Of a stretch of 64,000 nucleotides of DNA, positions 56,250 through 64,000 are shown in pieces. The stretch is from Candidatus Thorarchaeota archaeon (lineage in GTDB: Archaea > Asgardarchaeota > Thorarchaeia > Thorarchaeales > Thorarchaeaceae). The stretch lies in the NCBI GenBank assembly GCA_046758445.1, contig JBHIAE010000008.1, positions 15,806 through 79,805 of the forward strand, written 5' to 3'. Position numbers and translations under genes: made by a program. The notes beneath the pieces were generated by a model. That model did no database searches. It saw only the letters and a program-made list of their open reading frames with translations, and was not told the origin of the DNA. Position 1 is the stretch's first letter. Each line of letters opens with the position of its first letter.

Positions 56250-57599
56250 ATGACCAAGATCGTAGTTATTGGAATGGGCTATGTAGGAATCCCCTGTGCT
56301 GCCCTCCTGGCAGATGTCGACGGTTTTGACGTAACCGGACTTCAGAGGAGGTCAAAGCGTTCAGGATGGAAGATAGATGTTCTGAACGACGGCAAGTCAC
56401 CTATCGAGGGTGATGAGCCCGGCCTTGCTGAACTGATTGCCAGGGTAGTCAAGAAGGGGACTTTCAGAGTGACCGATGACACGAAGGTGCTCTCTGAGGC
56501 TGATGTCATACTGATAGATGTACAGACACCAACGGACCAACTCCACGTTCCACAGTACCAGTCTCTCAGAGAGGTAAGTGCGAGCGTTGGAAAGCACATG
56601 CAACCTGGGACTCTGGTCGTTGTGGAGTCTACAGTGGCACCTGGTACAACAGAGAACGTAGTTCAGAAGATAATAGAGAGAGAGAGCGGACTCCAGTGCG
56701 GAGAGGACTTCGACCTTGCGTTCTCATACGAACGTGTCATGCCAGGGAAACTGATCAGGAATATTGTCCATTTGCCTAGAGTCGTCGGTGGAGTCAATGC
56801 AAAGAGTACCGACAGGGCTGTGGAAATCTACTCGAAGATTGTCAAGGAGAAGATATACAAGACTCAAGTGCTCACCGCTGAACTCTCAAAGACTATCGAG
56901 AATGCATATCGTGATGTCAACATTGCCTTTGCTAATGAAATGGCACTGGTCTGTGAGAGTCTGGGGGAGAACGTGTATGAGATAATTGACCTTGTCAACG
57001 TTCTACCCAGTAGGATGATGCTCATACCAGGCGCCGGTGTCGGAGGCCATTGCCTTCCGAAGGACTCTTGGCTCCTTCGACATGGGCTGTATGAATATGG
57101 GGCATGGAAGGTTGAGCCTGAGTTCATCTCTCTTGCCCGACGGATCAACAACCAGATGCCCATCCACATGAGCCTCTTGGTGGAGAACGCACTCGTTTCT
57201 AAGGGGGTTTCTGTGGGAGAGGCGAAAGTCACCATCCTCGGAGTCGCCTACCTTGAGAACTCAGATGACACGAGAAACACGCCGGCTGCGCCGTTGATAG
57301 CTGCTCTACAGGCAAAGGGCGCAGAGGTTGTGCTCCATGACCCTCACGTTCGAGAATGGGACTTCGGGCCTCTCAACATTGAGCGAGACATCATCAAGGC
57401 CTGCACTGGTTCGGACTGCTTGGCCTTGGTCACCAAGCATCGTGAATACCTCTCATTGGACCTAGACAGATTGAAGTCGGCCATGCGAACGCCGGCCATT
57501 GTCGACGGAAGAAACGTCTTCCACCTCGATGAAGTCCAGAGCAAAGGGTTCGAGTATAGATGCGTAGGCAAGGCAGGTATATACCGGCAAGACAAGTGA
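56250..57599 (+). CDS. Nucleotide-sugar 6-dehydrogenase (WecC/UDP-GlcNAc dehydrogenase family)
   Basis: GMGYVG, VESTVAPGTT, ERVMPG, ENAYRDVNIAFANE, GVGGHCLPKD. Confidence 0.95.
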   Translation: MTKIVVIGMGYVGIPCAALLADVDGFDVTGLQRRSKRSGWKIDVLNDGKSPIEGDEPGLAELIARVVKKGTFRVTDDTKVLSEADVILIDVQTPTDQLHVPQYQSLREVSASVGKHMQPGTLVVVESTVAPGTTENVVQKIIERESGLQCGEDFDLAFSYERVMPGKLIRNIVHLPRVVGGVNAKSTDRAVEIYSKIVKEKIYKTQVLTAELSKTIENAYRDVNIAFANEMALVCESLGENVYEIIDLVNVLPSRMMLIPGAGVGGHCLPKDSWLLRHGLYEYGAWKVEPEFISLARRINNQMPIHMSLLVENALVSKGVSVGEAKVTILGVAYLENSDDTRNTPAAPLIAALQAKGAEVVLHDPHVREWDFGPLNIERDIIKACTGSDCLALVTKHREYLSLDLDRLKSAMRTPAIVDGRNVFHLDEVQSKGFEYRCVGKAGIYRQDK

Positions 57600-57622
57600 G
57601 AAATCAGATGGCCCAAGCCAAT

Positions 57623-58864
57623 CTACGCGCCCATCTTCTCAATGTGTCCGGCATAACCTAGCAACGTGGGCATCACGTCTATCCCCTGGATAGTGTGAAG
57701 GGACCCGGCTGGCGCGTCCACTTCCGAGAACTGGTCAACAGCATCCGGGCGAATGAACCTGCTCCAGAACACTATTGGCACGGGGTCACAGGTATGCTCG
57801 CCAGCACTCAGGGGTGTTGTGTGATCGCCAGTAATCGCAATCACTATCTTGTCACCCACACTCTCCACGATCTTGCTGAGCATCTTGTCGCTCCTCTCAA
57901 TTGCGAGAACCTTCTGCTGCGCATCACCGTCATGGCTAGCATTGTCGGTCGCCTTGATGTGGATGAAGACGTAGTCATAATCAGACTTGATGGCCTCAAT
58001 TGACTTGGCTGCGATGTTGCCAAAGTTGGTGTCGATGGTACCAGTCTGACCTTCAACAGATAGATGTTCCATTCCTACATACTTGGCTGTGCCAATGTAC
58101 AACGAACCTCCGGCAATGACTGCAGACTTGATGCCGTACTGGTCCCGCAGCGTCGGTATCTCTCTGTGCTGCCCAGGACCACGTAGAAGCAGGATGTTGG
58201 CGGGAGGGAGCCCTCGTTTCCTGCGTTCTTTGTTCAAGTCTAGATCTTTCAGACGTTCATGTGACAGTTGTACAAGTCTGTTAACAACAGCAGCTGTCTT
58301 CTCGGCTTCGGATTCAAGTGGTCTTGACTCCATCACCCTGAGGCCGGTTTCATGTGGGTCTGTCTCAGTGATGTCGCCTGAGAGACCGCTTCCCTCTAGA
58401 ACTACAGCTCCGCGGTGCTCGACCGTTGCGACGAAATGGACCTTCACACCATCGATCTCGATTCCGGAGAGAGCCTTCTCAAGAACCGCGTGCTCCTCAC
58501 TGGAGAACGCTCGACCGGCGCGTCTGTCAGTGACAACCATGTCAGAGTCGACGGTTCCGAAGTTCGCCCTGAATGCAACATCACCCGGCTTGGACTGCAG
58601 ACCTGCCCCTAGTGCCTCCAAAGGTCCTCGCCCGGCGTAGCAAGCTACCGGATCGTATCCAAAGAGTGCAAGATGAGCCGCGTCACTGCCGGGTGTTATC
58701 CCAGGGCCAATGACGTTCATCAGACCATTCTGACCTTCCCTTGCAAGCCTGTCTAAGGTCGGGGTTTCTGCCGCCTGAAGAGGGGTCTTGTTTCCAAGCT
58801 CCAGAACAAGTCGGTCGCCCAGTCCATCAAGAACCAACAGAACCGCGGTACGCTTGTCAGTCAT
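57623..58864 (-). CDS. apgM: 2,3-BPG-independent phosphoglycerate mutase
   Basis: LDGLGD, TPGSDAAHL, GRGPLEA, DNASHDG, TGDHTTP. Confidence 0.95.
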   Translation of the reverse strand: MTDKRTAVLLVLDGLGDRLVLELGNKTPLQAAETPTLDRLAREGQNGLMNVIGPGITPGSDAAHLALFGYDPVACYAGRGPLEALGAGLQSKPGDVAFRANFGTVDSDMVVTDRRAGRAFSSEEHAVLEKALSGIEIDGVKVHFVATVEHRGAVVLEGSGLSGDITETDPHETGLRVMESRPLESEAEKTAAVVNRLVQLSHERLKDLDLNKERRKRGLPPANILLLRGPGQHREIPTLRDQYGIKSAVIAGGSLYIGTAKYVGMEHLSVEGQTGTIDTNFGNIAAKSIEAIKSDYDYVFIHIKATDNASHDGDAQQKVLAIERSDKMLSKIVESVGDKIVIAITGDHTTPLSAGEHTCDPVPIVFWSRFIRPDAVDQFSEVDAPAGSLHTIQGIDVMPTLLGYAGHIEKMGA

Positions 58865-58867
58865 TTC

Positions 58868-60175
58868 CTAGTATTTCCTCCATGCACTCGCGAACTCCTT
58901 ACCGGGATATCCATCCTTGCCATCCAGAAGGTCATGAATCACTAGAAGACGGTTGTACTTCTCTACTCTGTCACTGCGTGCAGGACCTCCAGTCTTGATT
59001 TGCCCAGTGGAGAGAGCAACAGCCAGGTCTGCGATGAACGTGTCCCCCGTCTCACCACTTCGGTGACTGACTACAACTGGCCATCCAGCCTCGTTTGCCA
59101 CTCTTGCAGCCTCAATTGATTCTGTCACGGAGCCAATCTGGTTGAGCTTGAGAAGGAGAGCGTTCCCGGCACCCATGAAGATTGCCTTCTTCACGGTCTC
59201 GGGATTGGACACCGTAAGGTCATCAGTCACCACCTGAACCTTTGTCTTCTTGGTGTACTCTGCAAAGTCGTCGAAGGCCTCCTCGTCGAATGGATCCTCA
59301 ACAGTCATGATAGGGAAGGTCTTCTCCAGGTCAAGATAGAAATCAAGAAGTTCTCCAGAGTCCATTTCCCTTCCATCGATGGCGTATTTGCCGTCCTTGT
59401 AGAATCCACTTGCAGCAGCATCAATTCCTAGAACCACATCTTTGCCGGGCTCGTATCCAGCGGCTGTAGCTGCATCCAGCATCTCGCTAAATGCGCTATG
59501 AGTGTCTTTCAGCCCATAGCCACAGAAGCCGCCCTCGTCCCCTACATGCTTGGCCATTCGCCCGTACTTCTTGATCATGTTCTTCCCCAGTGTGTGGTAT
59601 ATCTCACTGATGCACCTGATTGCCTCTTTGATATCAGTCGCACCAACTGGAAGTATCATGAACTCCTGAATGGCGAGATCATTCCCTGCATGGGCTCCTC
59701 CGTTGATTACGTTCGAGTGCGGGACAGGTTGCAGATACTTCTCATCCTTTTCGATAACGCTCATTCTCAGATGTTCAAAGAGCTCGATGCCAAGGTGTCG
59801 TGATGCAGCCACAGCCGTTGCCATTGATACAGAAAGAATCGCATTTGCACCAAGCTGGCTCTTTCCTCTGCTTGAGTCGGTCTTCAGAAGAACACCGTCC
59901 ACGTCACTCTGGGAGAGCGGGTCAACTGAGCCCATTGCTTTCACAATTGCTGTGTTGACATTGCGGACAGCCTTCTGAACGCCCTTGCCAAGGAAGCGGT
60001 CCCCGCCGTCCCTGAGCTCAAGGGCCTCACGGACACCTGTGGAAGCACCACTCGGGACCTTTGCAGTCCCTACAGTGCCGTCGCTCAGGAAGACTCGAGT
60101 CATTAGAGTCGGGTTGCCGCGGGAGTCTAGAATCTCAATCGCCTTGATCTTGTCAATCTTGACCATCATTGTCAC
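58868..60175 (-). CDS. eno: Enolase
   Basis: DSRGNPT, PSGASTG..EA.ELRD, GDEGG, LLKLNQIGS, SHRSGET. Confidence 0.98.
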   Translation of the reverse strand: MTMMVKIDKIKAIEILDSRGNPTLMTRVFLSDGTVGTAKVPSGASTGVREALELRDGGDRFLGKGVQKAVRNVNTAIVKAMGSVDPLSQSDVDGVLLKTDSSRGKSQLGANAILSVSMATAVAASRHLGIELFEHLRMSVIEKDEKYLQPVPHSNVINGGAHAGNDLAIQEFMILPVGATDIKEAIRCISEIYHTLGKNMIKKYGRMAKHVGDEGGFCGYGLKDTHSAFSEMLDAATAAGYEPGKDVVLGIDAAASGFYKDGKYAIDGREMDSGELLDFYLDLEKTFPIMTVEDPFDEEAFDDFAEYTKKTKVQVVTDDLTVSNPETVKKAIFMGAGNALLLKLNQIGSVTESIEAARVANEAGWPVVVSHRSGETGDTFIADLAVALSTGQIKTGGPARSDRVEKYNRLLVIHDLLDGKDGYPGKEFASAWRKY

Positions 60176-60462
60176 CCTAGCCTAGAGCACTTCGCACTGG
60201 GCTTGGTTTGTGAGAGCCCCTAATGGGATTTAAAACCACTTCTTACTATTGTAAGTGGACTCGCAGGAACCTTTTGTGTTCCACCCTTCTCACGACCGTT
60301 GTCACCAGCCTGAGTCAGACCTGGGTCTGATGCAGTGACGTGAGCTTTTCCCGGCTTCCTTGAGATACTATCCCTCTGTAGGAACTCAGCTTCAGTCCGC
60401 TGCATTTCTCCATCATTGCCAGAAGTTCTGAATGCAGGCGGGATTTCCACAGTTGGTTTCGC

Positions 60463-61410
60463 TCAGGTCCGCCGGAGCCTCTCGAGATTCCAGGTAAGAG
60501 CAGGATATTCACTGACACGGTCATGAAGTATCCCTGACGGGTCTATGAGATCGCGGTCAAAGACGAAACTGTCGTAGAACTTGATGACTCCCTTCCTCTC
60601 ATCCTCTGAAAGCTGAGAAATGAGATTGACGATGAAGCGATGGGTTTCTTTGCGAATCATGTTGAAGTGCTCTTTGTCATACTGGTTCATAGGAAGAAGG
60701 TTCTGAAGACCAGAGTTGAATGGTATGGAATCCAGTAGGTCGTCAAAGTCAATCTGGAAGAATGGAAGGTCAAGAGATGCCAGACACTCTACTATGAAGC
60801 ACTTCTTGAACCTCGCCATATCCATGCTAGAGCTCGAGATAAGCCAGACATCGAACAGGTCTCTTGGAGTTGCACGGGAGAAGAGTGCGGCCAGCTTTCC
60901 AGCGTGGAGTTCTTCAGGGACCGGCGTGGTGACTTCAACAGAAGTCTGAGAAAGCTGATACTGTGTGTCTTCTAGTAGAGGAATCCTCTTCGTGTAGCCA
61001 ATCTCGATGAGAATACTCACTGGATTCCTGTCTTTGTCAGGAAGACGGACAATGAATCTACCGAGTGGATACTTGGCATCAATCTTAATGTCACTCTCAT
61101 CCGCTCCCATTGACAAGAGAATCGTCTTGATCTCTGTGTCGACTCTTTTCCTTGACTCGTATAGAGCATCCGAGTCACCCAATGTTTTCACGTTTCGGAA
61201 GTTGAAGTCTGCATCCATTGTCAGCCGATGTGGCGGATAGGTGTTCGAGTGCACAAGGTGAAGCGCTGCTCCACCAATCAACGACAACTGGTCTTTGAGG
61301 ACTTGATTCCTATAGATTCTTGCCAGGACCTCCAGGAGGACCTCCATCCGTTGGAAAGCCCCTTGGTTGAACATGTATTGAGGAATTGGTGGGAGATTTC
61401 TGCGTTTCAT
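60463..61410 (-). CDS. AbiEii/AbiGii nucleotidyltransferase toxin
   Basis: LIGGAAL, RLTMDADF, EELHAGKL.AL..R..PRDLFD; start abuts the antitoxin stop. Confidence 0.88.
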   Translation of the reverse strand: MKRRNLPPIPQYMFNQGAFQRMEVLLEVLARIYRNQVLKDQLSLIGGAALHLVHSNTYPPHRLTMDADFNFRNVKTLGDSDALYESRKRVDTEIKTILLSMGADESDIKIDAKYPLGRFIVRLPDKDRNPVSILIEIGYTKRIPLLEDTQYQLSQTSVEVTTPVPEELHAGKLAALFSRATPRDLFDVWLISSSSMDMARFKKCFIVECLASLDLPFFQIDFDDLLDSIPFNSGLQNLLPMNQYDKEHFNMIRKETHRFIVNLISQLSEDERKGVIKFYDSFVFDRDLIDPSGILHDRVSEYPALTWNLERLRRT

Positions 61411-62270
61411 CAAACAAGACCTCCGCCTAGGATAGTTGTGAGCCAGACAGGAACATATGTCCGCCAACGCTTGCTAAAGATGAGGGATTTCCTCCCTCTA
61501 TAGTACGGTGTGTTGGCCTTGTTTCGGAAGAAGTATCTCGCTGGTCCCTGAACAAACTCGGCGAGCCTAAGCAACTGCCTGTTGCTAATGGCCTCTCTGA
61601 TTAATGGTGAAGCCTCCCGCAGAATCTCTAGGACAATCCCCACTTGCCGGAGAAGGAATTGATTCTCCCGTTCAAGAAGCAGTTGCCGAATGACTCTGAA
61701 TCTTAGCCCGTCAAGTCTCATCAGACTGTTCAATACCTCTTCCCACCCTCCACAGTACTCAGGCCTCTCAACGCAGTCAATCACAGTGCGCTCCTTAGAG
61801 CTCACTCTGATGTCCTCCTTGTGATGGCGGTGCTTGGCGATGCCTGACTCATTTTCCCGTACTACGACTGGACGGATTCTGACACCATAGAGTGAGAATG
61901 GCCTGAACCTATTGGCTTCTGGCCCACAGACGTAGGATTCGTTATAGTACAAAGAATGAGCCGACCCATAGAACTCCAATGCAGTATGGAATCCCAAGAA
62001 GCTAGAGGGCCGTACCTTGCTGGCAACTAAGAATAAGTCAGGCGCCTTTGTGTCACTGACCGGCAAGACAACATGATAAAGCCCACGACGGATGGAGCGA
62101 ATCTTGCCCTCTCTACGAAAGCGGGTCAAGAACTCGCTTCCCAGGTATGCTCGGGAAGCTCGTCGATGAAGGACCTTGCGCGCAATTCGTTCCACATCAT
62201 CCAAGGTGACAACTTCTTTATCAAGCATCTGAAAATAGATCTGCTCAGTCTTTGAAGTCATGTTATACAC
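61410..62270 (-). CDS. AbiEi-family antitoxin
   Basis: IRRGLY, FLGFHTALEFYG, SSKERTVIDCVERPEYCGGWEE. Confidence 0.9.
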   Translation of the reverse strand: MYNMTSKTEQIYFQMLDKEVVTLDDVERIARKVLHRRASRAYLGSEFLTRFRREGKIRSIRRGLYHVVLPVSDTKAPDLFLVASKVRPSSFLGFHTALEFYGSAHSLYYNESYVCGPEANRFRPFSLYGVRIRPVVVRENESGIAKHRHHKEDIRVSSKERTVIDCVERPEYCGGWEEVLNSLMRLDGLRFRVIRQLLLERENQFLLRQVGIVLEILREASPLIREAISNRQLLRLAEFVQGPARYFFRNKANTPYYRGRKSLIFSKRWRTYVPVWLTTILGGGLV

Positions 62271-62756
62271 GTTCTGTTACGATAATTATGTCTAAAACCA
62301 TATTAATGTAGCGCAATGTGTATAGCGCTATAAAGAAGCTTGAGCACAGAGATCCAAGAGTCCATGAGGCAGACCACGACCCACCACTGTTTCTGGGGAC
62401 ACCCCCTGGTCAAGAGGAAGAGGAATAAACGCAATGGATGGTTCTTCGGGCTTACACTGTATCAGGAGTGTGACTGTATCTTTCGAGAGGGGAAACGTCC
62501 TTCTGAGGTGTTCGACTGAGATAATGTACCACCGAAGGCTAGGCAGTCCCCATGTACGACTGCAATGTCCTTGGCACCTGCACTCTCTACGGTCGTCGAT
62601 TTCCTCGGCCCTGACCTCTAGTCCTGTCTTGATTGGTCCAGAGGCGATCAGACTGCTGACCATAGTTAGCAAAGAGCTCCAAAGTCCCGTGGCAGAGAAG
62701 TGCTATTATAGTCGAGCTTCCCTCCAAGCAGTAGAGTCTAGAATATGGTGAAGCTC

Positions 62757-64000
62757 ATGGTCGTCAAAGGGACTCGCTCGAAGATCGTGTGTACAATTGG
62801 CCCGGCCTCAAGATCGCGGAAGATTCTGTCAGGCATGATTGATGTCGGAATGGATGTTGCGCGGCTCAACCTCTCGCACGATGTCCACTCAACACACAAG
62901 AAGACGTTCGACAAGATCCGGTCTATCGATGACACGGTCCCCATTGTCTTAGACATACAGGGACCCAAGATCAGAATAGGTGAGATAAAGGAGCCAGTGG
63001 AGCTGGAAACTGGAGCAGAGTTCGTCCTTTCTACAAAGGATTTTGTGGGCGATGCAAAGAGAGCCTCAATCTCCCACAAGGACCTCCCGCGAGATGTGAA
63101 GCTAGGAGATACCATAGCAATCAATGATGGCATTGTCAGGCTAAAGGTCAGGGAGATCGACGACGCAGAGGTTACTACGGAGGTGACTCATGGAGGACCT
63201 ATCTCTAGCAGGAAGGGTGTGAACATTCCCGGAATCAGGTTGTCGTGTGCCCTCCCTACCGAGAAAGACCTCAAAGACCTGGATCTTGCGGCACAGCTAG
63301 AGCCAGACTACATCGCGCTCTCCTTTGTCGTTGATGCAGAAGACGTCAAGCGCGTGAACGACATCCTGAAGGCAAATGGTCCTAAGAATGCGGACATCAT
63401 CAGCAAGATTGAACACACGCTAGCTGTGAAGAACTACGCTGCGATTCTAGATGAGTCGCAGGCCGTTATGGTTGCAAGGGGAGACCTTGGAATCGAGGTC
63501 CCGATAGAAGAGGTGCCCATCCTCCAGAGGGACCTGATACGACAGGCAAACCTGTGGGCGAGGGCTTCCATTGTGGCTACTCACATGCTTGAGTCTATGA
63601 CACAGGAGAGAGTCCCCACTCGTGCAGAGGTCAGTGATGTTGCACATGCAGTGTTCGATCGGGCTGACGCGGTAATGCTCAGCGGAGAAACAGCAGTCGG
63701 ACATGACCCCGTCGCTGCTGTGGAGATGATGAACAGGATTGTAAGGAGGGCCGAGGAGAGGATTGCGCCCGTCAACCCCGAAGAAATCACATCACCGAAG
63801 CGATTGATTGTTGAGATCATTGGCAACTTGGTGTACAATGCGGTTTCACTTATTCCAGAGCAAGTTGATGGCATAGTTACCGCAACAAGGAGTGGTTTCA
63901 CTACCCGGTGGATATCAAAGTTCAGACCACCAACCGACATCTATGCGGTGACAAGGAATCGGGCCGTGATGAGAAAGATGCGTCTCTGGTGGGGCGTCCA
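62757..64000 (+). CDS. pyk: Pyruvate kinase, 3'-truncated by window edge (absent from ORF track)
   Basis: Manual translation: SKIVCTIGPAS, ARLNLSH, DIQGPKIR, SKIE, MVARGDLG, ATHMLESM, PTRAEVSD, VMLSGETA. Confidence 0.97.
   Translation, partial: MVVKGTRSKIVCTIGPASRSRKILSGMIDVGMDVARLNLSHDVHSTHKKTFDKIRSIDDTVPIVLDIQGPKIRIGEIKEPVELETGAEFVLSTKDFVGDAKRASISHKDLPRDVKLGDTIAINDGIVRLKVREIDDAEVTTEVTHGGPISSRKGVNIPGIRLSCALPTEKDLKDLDLAAQLEPDYIALSFVVDAEDVKRVNDILKANGPKNADIISKIEHTLAVKNYAAILDESQAVMVARGDLGIEVPIEEVPILQRDLIRQANLWARASIVATHMLESMTQERVPTRAEVSDVAHAVFDRADAVMLSGETAVGHDPVAAVEMMNRIVRRAEERIAPVNPEEITSPKRLIVEIIGNLVYNAVSLIPEQVDGIVTATRSGFTTRWISKFRPPTDIYAVTRNRAVMRKMRLWWGV

Noticed and set aside
62269-62296. TTATGTCTAAA as an archaeal dif site
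   Set aside because: Only one arm matches; more likely part of the abiEi promoter/operator
62328-63940. ORFs 62328-62672, 62434-62751, 62738-63133, 63447-63704 and 63581-63940
   Set aside because: No motifs; the last three are antisense to pyk, which the ORF track missed because it runs off the window

Overview
Archaeal chromosomal segment, about 50% GC by eye. It carries archaeal-type TBP, A/V-type ATP synthase, ApgM and TrmI, and several eukaryote-signature-like proteins: a longin+winged-helix protein, a membrane PCI-like protein, a CCDC47-like protein and an Ena/VASP FAB-like motif. This suggests an Asgard archaeon, plausibly Thorarchaeia (inference). The backbone includes a phosphohexomutase, a bacillithiol-type bshB/bshA/bshC cluster, pyrF, a HerA-like ATPase, trmI, scrambled ATP synthase I/H/E/K/C genes, a CstA + two small paralogs + two ArsA/Get3-like ATPases operon, panE, LarA, an FGGY kinase, UPF0182, a nucleotide-sugar dehydrogenase, apgM, eno and pyk. 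An ~11-kb accessory island (about 44.8-56.0 kb) sits between what look like the N- and C-terminal remnants of one 4Fe-4S protein gene. It carries HEPN-MNT, an AbiE pair with a dead toxin, HTH regulators, a secreted G1-peptidase-like protein, a TBP and two IS200/IS605-like mini-elements. Its modules are separated by recurring copies of a ~30-bp motif built from tandem TCTGTCCAAC 10-mers. A second, intact AbiE pair lies between eno and pyk. No rRNA, tRNA or CRISPR array was recognised. All family calls are from motif recognition by eye; no database searches were run.
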